A stretch of DNA of 64,000 bases from Callorhinchus milii. Its lineage: Eukaryota. A model generated the notes under the pieces. That model was not told where the DNA came from. It worked only from the letters and a program-made list of their open reading frames with translations, and made no database searches. The stretch lies in NCBI RefSeq assembly GCF_018977255.1, contig NW_024704742.1, positions 123,692,001 through 123,756,000 of the forward strand. Reading direction: 5' to 3'. Below are positions 51,501-62,209 of the stretch, one piece after another (within the stretch, counting starts at the first letter, position 1; the number at the start of each line of letters is the position of its first letter). The position numbers and the translations under genes were made by a program.

Positions 51501-51856
51501 GTTGTATGTGTATTCACAGTATGTCCGTGACACCATATAGAGAAATAGGTTTTTCCTATTGTCCTGGAATTGATATTCCCTCCCAACCCAAACTGACTCA
51601 CAAAAATTCAAATGAATTGGCTCTGTCTATTTGTAGGATGTTGTTGGGTGTAACTTGCCTACAAATATAAAAACATTTACTTAATTTCTTATTTATCTCA
51701 TTCTGTAAAGCTTTGACATTGAGGAGCCATATAAATATAAGTTGTTGTTATCACAAAGAGAATTGTGTAACTAAAACAATATTTATTAGAGGAGTGGTTA
51801 GTTATTTTATGATGACGATTTGCACTGAAATTAACATTGTTTTATTATTGTTATAG

Positions 51857-52024
51857 GGTGTGAGTGGAACTACGTCATCCTGTCCACAGTCAGGTCTCTC
51901 CCTCTTTCAGAAATAGAAGATCATCCAAACATGTCATGGTTACGAAAGAACCTTGGTAGTTTAACAGATGCAAATCAACTAAATGTTGCAATTACAAGAG
52001 CAAAGAAAGGCTTGTGCATAATAG
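51857..52024 (+). CDS. HELZ2: HELZ2-like exon R
   Basis: CEWNYVILSTVRS...NQLNVAITRAKKGLCII. Confidence 0.95.
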
Positions 52025-52559
52025 GTAAGGATGTAATAGTCAGAAACAACCAATCTCTATTTTCACATTGATAATACATTTGATATTTATCACATGGAAT
52101 GAATGCAGTCCTGTGTCCTCCCCTCTGCTCTCCTACAATTCCTACAATGTTTGTTTGCCTACAAAAATAATCACCACAGTTGATAGCAATTACTTGTGAA
52201 GCACTTTTGAGTCATTTCAGCGTGCAAACAAACTATATCAATGCTCCTTTTTTAACAAAGGAAGGTGACAAAATGCTATTTACAGGATTATCCATGTTTT
52301 CCAATGGAAGCAAATCAAAAGCACTAATTAAAAAAATTAAATATTCCTGCAGTATATTTTTTCTCTTCCTCTGAGTCCGTTACTGGCCTCTATTTGACAA
52401 CTGTCCAACGTGTCATGACATTACAAGATATTGGCCAAGATTGAGGCAAAAAGTTAGTAAAATTGATGCCAAATCAACCAAAGCTGAGGTGAATTTGGAC
52501 ATTTTTGCCTACAAGCAAAACTATATATCTGTAAATACTGTACCTTTTTAATTTTTCAG

Positions 52560-52663
52560 GTAACAATAATTTACTGAAATGCCATCCTCGGTGGAGAAGA
52601 CTTCTGCAACATTATGAAGGGAAGAATTGTGTCTGGAATGCTGAAAATTATTCACCAGTTTAA
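52560..52663 (+). CDS. HELZ2: HELZ2-like last coding exon
   Basis: GNNNLLKCHPRWRRLLQHYEGKNCVWNAENYSPV-stop (TAA 52661-52663), followed by AT-rich 3' UTR-like sequence. Confidence 0.92.
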
Positions 52664-55574
52664 ACTGACTATGCACTTATTACTTATTGTCTAGGGCTGG
52701 GCCTTAACTACTATCATGTATAGTATAGCAACTATAGAGTTAACAGTGACTTTTATTGTGATGTTTATTTCTTTATTGTTTTATTATGAAAACAATTCTG
52801 ATTCTTTTTGAAAAAAAATGATTGTTCAGGACATTTGAAACTTGTTAAAACAATTTTTACCTCTTAAAAGATTTCCTAAAAGCCTGTTCATTTATCTACT
52901 TGCAGAGTTAAAATATTTATGCTTATATTCAGCAAATTTCAAACTTAATTTTAATCCATTTGTAATTTAGATTTTATTCACTATTTCTCAAGGAAAATAG
53001 TTGCTTCTATTAAATAGTAATATACTTCATATAAGTTGATTCTGTAATGTTGTAAAATTGTATTATGTTGGAAATTGAGAAGTTGCTATATGTCTGTTAG
53101 TTTTGTATTTAGAAAAGATCACTCTTGCAATCTCTCCAATTAATGAAATAGCTACTTTGTTTAATCATTAATGTTATGACTGATTACTTTGTGAAGACCA
53201 AAATTAAGACCAAGTGAAATTTGGTTGTGTAATGCTTCCTGATTACAGAATTCAGTCTTTCTCAATATCATTGAAGTCATGTAATATAGAGCATTAATAC
53301 TTGATATTCTAAATGTTTAAAAAATTGAGATTGGGATTGAGTCAGATTTTTTTGTGTAGGGTCGGGCTGGGGTAGATTCCGAGTGGAATGGATTAGGACT
53401 CTTTTGCCCTAGAATTTTTACATATATTTTAATCACAGTTCAATTATCAATTGGACAATTTGCACTGCATAGAAGCTGCGATGACTGTGGGTTACTGCTA
53501 TAGTTAGCTCCATATGGACTAACAAACGTAGAACCCTCTCTAACTGCACACCTTACTTTCAAATATTTTATTGGATTGCAGATCCACATTATTATTCAAC
53601 CTACACCATCAAGAATTGCACAACTTCTACCTCTCAGGAAGTGATTTGATATTTGCCTTCGCTTTATTTGAAGTCTGTTCATGTTCACAACGATGATTCT
53701 GTGGACCATGAACATGACCAGATGAGACGAAAGAATATGAAAAAGCATGAATTGAGTCATGGTGACCTGGCCATCAAGTGCAATACTTCCACAGGCAATG
53801 TCCAATTTACAAAATCCTTTCTCAGGAGACATATGTACATGTATATTGTAACATGCATCGGTCGGGTTGCCTGGGAGGTCCGATTAAATGCAGACCCAGT
53901 GGCTTGTTCTGGGGACAGAGCTGATCAGGACTTCAGGCACCAGTTCTGGCCTGGGCAGTGCAGGTACAGGCTGGCAGCCAGGGCACCATGGGCCCGTCAA
54001 CTTTAGGAACATTAGAAGATTATTATTATTATTACTTATCTGACAATCAGTAACAGACACAGTGTCCTCTACTGGCTACGTGAGACTCCTCCCATTGTTT
54101 AGCTGGTCCATTCCTAATGGCCTAATGAGTTGACCAGAGGGTGGGGGCGGGGGGTATGGCATGGGAGCACGGAGTCTGGAGAGGAGCAGTTTGAGGAAAC
54201 ATGTTCTAAGCATTAGGTGCCTCCTATAAGCATTTGCAATTAACTCAGTGTATTCAGTTGTAATAAAGTAAGTTATTCTTCTCATTATGGCTGAATGTAG
54301 TCTTCTTCATCCCAACAACCCCAGTCTGCTACAATATTGTAATGTCCACCTGTACAGGCAGCCAGTTGTCTGATGCATGCGGAAATTTAAATCAGAGGAT
54401 TGACTCAGTTGTGACATTCCTTGCCAAGCAAGTGACCTTGGAACCAGTTCAGCTCCAAAGGCTTACCTCCCCACCCCCACCACGATAATAATCCAAGTGA
54501 TCCAATTGAGAATATTCAGAATTCCACAGGGAGTAAGCTTTTTTTTCAAACCTGCCAACATGTCTGGCAGAAGCAATACAACTGTTGATGGTTGGTGACT
54601 CCTGAACACCAATTTAAGATTGCACACCCATGACTCCAATTTTCGCCAGACTCCACTGGATCCCTCTCTCTGAACAGATTGACTTCAAAATCCTCACCCC
54701 CATTCAAATTCCTTCACGGCCCAACAATTCCTACTTCTCTGACTTGTTTGTACTCCACTCTTCTGTCCGATCGATCTCTCAGCTGATCCAGGCCTGCTGC
54801 ACTTTCTCTAACTCACCATAGTCGATGCCTTCAGTTGCTAAACCCTTCTCTTAAACTCTCCGCCTCAATCCCTCCGCCTCACCCTTTCTTGAAGACCTAA
54901 CTCTTTGATTGCGCCTAAGGTCACCTCCCCCTTGCTCATAGTCTTACCTTGCTTCTGTACAGCAATCTAAGATGCTATCCTGTGTGAAGGGTGCTATATA
55001 AATGCAAGTTGTTTTAAGAAAGATAGCAAAGGGGAGATTAGAAAGAATTTGCTTAGACGGTGAGTTGTTTGGATGTGGAATACCCTGCTGGGTGAATTAA
55101 TTTCTGAGAGAGAACTTGACAGATATACAAAAAAAGAAATATTTTGCAGCAATAAGGGGAAAATGGGACTAAATGGATTGCTTTTTTAAGGAGCCAGATA
55201 CACTTTGAGCTGGATAGCATCCTTCTGTGTTGTAAATTTCAATTTGTGAAGCTAATTGTCGCAGAACATGAAGGAGCTGCTTAGATGCACTGCTGTCATT
55301 TGTAAGACGCTCTTCAACAAAAATCACAATTCCGGTGCAAGTAATCTGTTCTAAGGAGGTTATGATAACAGTATTTTTCAGCAGCATTATTGCAAAGTAC
55401 AGAAGTTTCTGCTGATTGTAACCATGCTGGTGTATGGATGCACCTAATACACTGCGCATTCACTATTTTGTACACGTGTACAAATATCTGGAAGCCATAT
55501 CCTCTACCATATAGGTTACCCACGTTCATTAACAATAATCCCCATTGTTGCCAACCTCCACTGGCTCCCAGTAC

Positions 55575-55845
55575 CTACAACAACAACAAGATTACATTTG
55601 TATAGCGTCTTTCACGTCCGGAAGACGTCCTAAGGTGCTGGACAGTGTACAGTATTTCAAACCCGAGCTGGGGTCAGGGGAAAGAAGGGAGGGGAGGGGA
55701 AGGTGGTTGGCCGATGGCATGGTCAAAGAGGAGGGTTTTGAGGCGGGACTTGAAGGAGGCTAAGGAAGGGGCGAGGCGGAGTGATGGGTCGGGGGTCATA
55801 GAGCAGGCAGAGCCGGCTGAGCGGAGGGAGCAGGCAGTTTGATAG
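55575..55845 (-). mobile_element. L2 3' fragment
   Basis: L2 tail and 3' UTR. Confidence 0.85.
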
Positions 55846-56222
55846 GAGATACCTACTCCCTACACTTCTCTTTACTTGAAACTTTTTCTTGTATCTTTAA
55901 AACCCATCGGTTTATCATACTTTTGGTTTACACCTCAACCCCTTCCTATTCGTATTGATCCCCATCGTTGTTATGAAGTTCTTCAAACCGTCATCTTATG
56001 TGATATAATCGGTGCTTTGCAAATGCAAATTGCTGTTGGAGTGTGCATTATTTATCTACTTTACAAATGTAATTTTGTTGTTGTTGTTGGACAGTGAGTG
56101 TTGTGAGCAGAACCTGTATCCTCTGAGTTTCTGTATCACTGCTGTCTTTATCTGTGTCAGTATTCACAGATGTGCACTTTTCAACAGAATTCACTTAACA
56201 ATAGTCAGGAACAAGAACCCTG

Positions 56223-57642
56223 GCTACCGCTCAGAGATGTTATCCTATGTGAAGGGTGCTGTATAAATGTAACTTGTTGTTATGCAATTGTGCGCAATTG
56301 TTTCGCCTACAAAATATACAGTCGATTCACTTTATATTCTGTGAAGCGCTTTGAGACCTCTCAAAGACGTGATAGGGTGCTATATCAAATGCAAGGCTTA
56401 TTATTATTGTTGTTATTATATTATTGTATAAGGTTAAAGGACACAACACAGGGGTAAGGCTTCAAAAGTGGTTGTGAAATGTAGCTTGAGTATAGCTTGC
56501 ACAGAAAATAGCTCAACTGATTTCGCAATATAGCCTGTTTGTCCTGTTATCCTGTACGTTCTTGCATTGCTATTTATTACTGATTCTTGTTTCACAAGGG
56601 TGTGAAAAGGAAACAAATTAAGTTACATCACTGCCAGGATGCAATGTGAGACTCACCACCCAAAGCTATGGTTGAAGCAAATAGTTTAAACAGGTGATTT
56701 CAGCATTCTTGAGGGCACTATACAATACAAATTGTTGTTGTGTAGATGCATTTAAAAGAATGCATTGACGAAGAAGGGAATAGAATGATATAGGAGGGAA
56801 TAAGGAGTGGGTGGAGACTCATGTGGAATATAAACACCGGAAATGGCACAGGTTGGGCCAAATGACCTGTTTCATTGCTGTAGAGTTTATGTAAATCTAC
56901 ATATATCTAAATTGTATATCCACTTTCTCTCTTTTTAGCTTGAACCTATGTCCCCTTGTTCTAGAATTTGTGACCATTATCGAGAGTTGCATTATGCTGG
57001 AATTTAGATGGGGTATTGTAGAATATGAATTGCACTTATCATCCATCATTATGGATATAAAGTACATCTGTACTGCTCTTTTGCTGCATACAGTTGTCGT
57101 TTGGGTCCTTCTGAAAGTTTCACACCCTCCACTCCACCATCGGTGGCCGTGCCTTCAGCCACTATGCCCCGAAGCTCTGGAATTCTCTCGCTCAACCCCC
57201 GCCTTGCCCTCTCCCTCCTCACTTTTAAATCCCGCCTAAAGACCTTCCTTTTTGATCGTGCTTATGGTCACCTCCCCCCTTCCTCTCTCCCTGGCTTGGG
57301 GTCAGACTCTAACACTGTCAAGCTCTCCGGGACGCTACCCTGTGTGAAGGGCGCTATACAAATGCAAGTTGTTGTTAATAATAATCCTTGCATTTGATAT
57401 AGCGTTTTTCACGTCGGGAGGACGTCCCAAAGCGCTTCACAGAACACACTGTAAAGTGAATTGACTGTATATTTGTGGGCGAACGCGGCAGCCAATTGCG
57501 CACAGCAATGTCCCACAAACAGTCGTAGATTGAAAATGACCAATTTATTATTGTTTTTGGTTTTGGAGGGATTATTATTAGACGTGTGGAGTAAGGAAAC
57601 TTGCCCAAGGTTTTGCCCTCTGCCTGGAATTGAACTCAGGTC
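56223..57642 (+). repeat. Copy 1 of ~1.42 kb direct duplication
   Basis: Identical to 58103-59522 (offset 1880) apart from about 4 substitutions seen. Confidence 0.95.
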
Positions 57643-58102
57643 AATAGTCAGGAACAAGAACCCTGGCTGATTTTATTTCCCTAACTTGATTTTGCTGTAA
57701 CCAATTTTAAATCTGTCCGATCTTCATTCCACTGTACCTTGCTATTAATTAACAAGTCATTCCAGGAAATTGAAACTGGTGGTACTAGCCTGTATCACTT
57801 AGTATCAATGCCACAGCACCTTTGCTCAGGGAACCATAAGGCAATTATAGTATTGACAGCTTCAAAGCGTACTAATTTCATGCAGCGAATGGCAGACTCA
57901 AAAGCACCAAAATGAACTGGAAGATTTGGGAGGGAAATCCGTTCTAGGTCGACTTTAATTTCCTTCTGTTTAAAGAAATACTCCCTGGTGTCTATCCTGT
58001 CTATCTTTAATGTGTTTAGTGTCTTTCCTGTCTATCCTTTACAACTTTGAACTGTGACCTCTTGTTTTGCCATTTTGTCCTATCTGAAAGTAAGTACAAG
58101 AT

Positions 58103-59522
58103 GCTACCGCTCAGAGATGTTATCCTATGTGAAGGGTGCTGTATAAATGTAACTTGTTGTTATGCAATTGTGCGCAATTGTTTCGCCTACAAAATATACA
58201 GTCGATTCACTTTATATTCTGTGAAGCGCTTTGAGACCTCTCAAAGACGTGATAGGGTGCTATATCAAATGCAAGGCTTATTATTATTGTTGTTATTATA
58301 TTATTGTATAAGGTTAAAGGACACAACACAGGGGTAAGGCTTCAAAAGTGGTTGTGAAATGTAGCTTGAGTATAGCTTGCACAGAAAATAGCTCAACTGA
58401 TTTCGCAATATAGCCTGTTTGTCCTGTTATCCTGTACGTTCTTGCATTGCTATTTATTACTGATTCTTGTTTCACAAGGGTGTGAAAAGGAAACAAATTA
58501 AGTTACATCACTGCCAGGATGCAATGTGAGACTCACCACCCAAAGCTATGGTTGAAGCAAATAGTTTAAACAGGTGATTTCAGCATTCTTGAGGGCACTA
58601 TACAATACAAATTGTTGTTGTGTAGATGCATTTAAAAGAATGCAATGACGAAGAAGGGAATAGAATGATATAGGAGGGAATAAGGAGTGGGTGGAGACTC
58701 ATGTGGAATATAAACACCGGAAAAGGCACAGGTTGGGCCAAATGACCTGTTTCATTGCTGTAGAGTTTATGTAAATCTACATATATCTAAATTGTATATC
58801 CACTTTCTCTCTTTTTAGCTTGAACCTATGTCCCCTTGTTCTAGAATTTGTGACCATTATCGAGAGTTGCATTATGCTAGAATTTAGATGGGGTATTGTA
58901 GAATATGAATTGCACTTATCATCCATCATTATGGATATAAAGTACATCTGTACTGCTCTTTTGCTGCATACAGTTGTCGTTTGGGTCCTTCTGAAAGTTT
59001 CACACCCTCCACTCCACCATCGGTGGCCGTGCCTTCAGCCACTATGCCCCGAAGCTCTGGAATTCTCTCGCTCAACCCCCGCCTTGCCCTCTCCCTCCTC
59101 ACTTTTAAATCCCGCCTAAAGACCTTCCTTTTTGATCGTGCTTATGGTCACCTCCCCCCTTCCTCTCTCCCTGGCTTGGGGTCAGACTCTAACACTGTCA
59201 AGCTCTCCGGGACGCTACCCTGTGTGAAGGGCGCTATACAAATGCAAGTTGTTGTTAATAATAATCCTTGCATTTGATATAGCGTTTTTCACGTCGGGAG
59301 GACGTCCCAAAGCGCTTCACAGAACACACTGTAAAGTGAATTGACTGTATATTTGTGGGCGAACGCGGCAGCCAATTGCGCACAGCAATGTCCCACAAAC
59401 AGTCGTAGATTGAAAATGACCAATTTATTATTGTTTTTGGTTTTGGAGGGATTATTATTAGACGTGTGGAGTAAGGAAACTTGCCCAAGGTTTCGCCCTC
59501 TGCCTGGAATTGAACTCAGGTC
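58103..59522 (+). repeat. Copy 2 of ~1.42 kb direct duplication
   Basis: See copy 1; here the terminal SINE continues intact to 59568. Confidence 0.95.
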
Positions 59523-60692
59523 TCTCACTTGCAAAGCGAGTGCTCTAACCACTGAGCTACAGGACTCCACAAGCAATTGTTAAAAGCAATTCAAACCCAT
59601 TCACCATTGGATAACATTCCTTCTTCCAAAAATGTTGACAAGATTTTCTGCCAAGTACCACCATTGTTTATCAAGTGCTTAGAGACTAAAATCAAATTGA
59701 GACGACAAAGTACTTCAGTTCTACTATACAATATCTGTGAATCTGATATATAACAAAACACAAGTCCAGAGATAGTAGGACTGGAATACTTTTAAGATGC
59801 CGTGAAGGACATGATATATTCTCAGTTTTCCTTCAAAACTAATAACCATTTTTTATTACATAAAGCTCAGCTAGTTCCGCCCTTCTACACGTCGCTTGTC
59901 TCTTCCACTTTATTGACAGCTGTGCTTTCAGTCACTAATCCCCCAAACTCTGGAATTCCCTGCCTCAATCCCTCCTCCTTGTCCCCTCTTTGCCTGTCTT
60001 CAGATTGCACCTGAAGATCTTCCTCTTCCTCTGCCCCCTACACACACTTTCTCCTCAGCTCAGAATCAAACTCCCCCGTTTTTGAGCACTCCAAGGCACG
60101 GATGTCGCTTTATGAATTGTATTGTTGTATATGGAAGGAGTCAATTTATTTTCGGCTCCCAATCCGACATGTGTATTCACATTATTTAAGACTAAATTTT
60201 ACAAGTAAGTGCCAAGTGATAAAACTTTCACAAACTTCCGCTAAAATTTCCACTAACTGGTAAAATTTAAAGTGAATGTTTCCACTAAGTGGTAAAACTC
60301 CAAATCGTAAAATTTTCACAAAGTTCCACTTTCTATGTGTTACCGCGTATGAAAAGCCTTAGCAGCATTCTATGATTTATACATTCTGCCCAGCCATGAG
60401 AGATTGAGGCAATCACCCAATTAATTACTTAGCAACTGGCAAAATAATGACATCATTTACTTGCCACAGCACACAATTATAAAAACAATAATATAAATAG
60501 AGTCTTTCAGAGGCATTTCACATAACTGACTCCAAGTGCTTCACACAATGACTGAGAGCCTGGGAGGGGACTTGCGTAGGGAGGGGAAAGGTGTCCATAA
60601 GCATGGACAATGAGATAGATTTTAAGGCTATCTTGTTGTTGATTGAAGCTTGAAAGGGAGGGTTTCAGATGTACAGTGAGACAAGGCTATGT

Positions 60693-61010
60693 GGAGTCCT
60701 GTAGCTCAGTAGTTAGAGCACTCGCTTTGCAAGTGAGTGACCTGAGTTCAATTCCAGGTCAGGGCGAAACCTTGGGCAAGTTTCCTTACTCCACACGTTT
60801 AATAATAATCCCTCCAAAAAAAACAATAATAAATTGGTCATTTTCAATCCATGACTGTTTGTGGGACACTGCTGTGCGCAATTGGATGCCGCGTTTGCCC
60901 ACAAATATACAGTCAATTCACTTTACAGTATATTCTGTGAAGCGCTTTGGGACGTCTAGAAGACATGAAAGACGCTATATCAAATGCAAGGGTTATTATT
61001 ATTATTATTA
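60693..61010 (+). mobile_element. tRNA-derived SINE, full length
   Basis: Head, body, (ATT)n tail. Confidence 0.93.
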
Positions 61011-61399
61011 TGAGGGGATTTGAATGTGGAAACCAAATAGAGGCAGCATGGGAGGATGGTTGGTTGGTGATGGAGAAGAGGAACCTGGGTTGCTTTGCCT
61101 TCCGAATTGATCATAAAGGAAAACTCATCATAACAAAAAACACATTAAAGTGCATTCAGAGAGCTATGTCAGGAATTTTGTTTTCCAATCTGGTTTGGGA
61201 GATGAACTTCTGAAAGATTGCAACTGGGCTCTTCAAATCTTCAATGCGAGATGCACTACAGGTTAATGAACACCCAGGGAAGGAAGCGACACGTCAACCT
61301 TTCTGGTGTGTCTCTACAACTACAGTAAACATCCTCGTTAAGGGAAGCGCAGCAAACGAAGAGAGAGAATGGGAATGAACCGAATACAACGAGTTAAAT

Positions 61400-61610
61400 G
61401 GGTTTCGCTGTCAAATCGAAAGTTACATGATGGTTTCGATTTTGAAACCAAAGGGCGTGAATCAGCTGGAGGTGCTTTAAATAGACAGCGCTATAACAGT
61501 ATCAACACAAACTGGGCGGCTCCTCTCTCCTCTCCTCTCTCCTCTCTCCAGATTTATTCATCATGAACTCAAGGACGACCATCTCAAAAGACAGCGTCGA
61601 GAAGTTAAAG
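61400..61610 (+). promoter_or_regulatory. Paralogous ISRE promoter plus putative first coding exon (ATG 61563-61610, MNSRTTISKDSVEKLK)
   Basis: Shares AATCGAAAG.TA, TGGTTTC, ATCAG.TGG...TGCTTTAAATAGAC and ATCTCAA.AGACAGC.TC with 26758-26935; GT donor at 61611. Confidence 0.55.
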
Positions 61611-62209
61611 GTACATATTACCCGGTGTCCTGACCATCTGTAGTCTGTTCCCTTTAATATCACTGCAAAATGACCAGCAACTTTTATTTTTTGTTTTACA
61701 AAGTTAATTCAGCCTGTGAACTGCGAATCGGGAAGTAAAAACTAAAATATAAATAACAGGGTCGTGTGTTAACCTTTGCCTTACAATCCTTACAGTGGCT
61801 GATGCATAACAGTAAGTAATAGCATTAAAGTTGCGTTGTTCATAGTAATTATTATTATTATTATTATTATAACCTGGGTTTGTCTCAATGGGATGTTTTT
61901 GATCTGTTGGTTACAACTCGATGCTGCATTTTCTGATGTTTGAGCTGTGGCTGAGAGTATTATATAAAATAAACAAAGGTAAAGACACACCATAAACAAC
62001 GTGACGTTTGACATCCAGAAAAAAAAAGCTCACAATGTAAGGAAATGATTACCAAAGAGAAGCAAAATCCACCTTACTGCACTCAGTCCAAATGTAATAA
62101 TATTAATCCTGGCAAATATATATTGTAAAGACTGTGCATTTTATGAACAGTGAATCAAACAAATAAACATTATTGGTATTAATATTATTTTTGGACTGCG
62201 ATAATGCAT

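Noticed and set aside
53596..54006. ORFs of 78 and 117 aa downstream of the HELZ2-like gene
   Set aside because: No recognisable motif or convincing splice structure; a BLASTx search would be needed
55169..55605. Protein-like short ORFs
   Set aside because: No identifiable homology; may be a decayed element
60218..60332. Short direct repeats (TTCCACTAA.TGGTAAAA x2; TAAAA.TTTCACAAA.TTCC x2), superficially array-like
   Set aside because: Only two imperfect copies each, irregular spacing, eukaryotic context; not CRISPR
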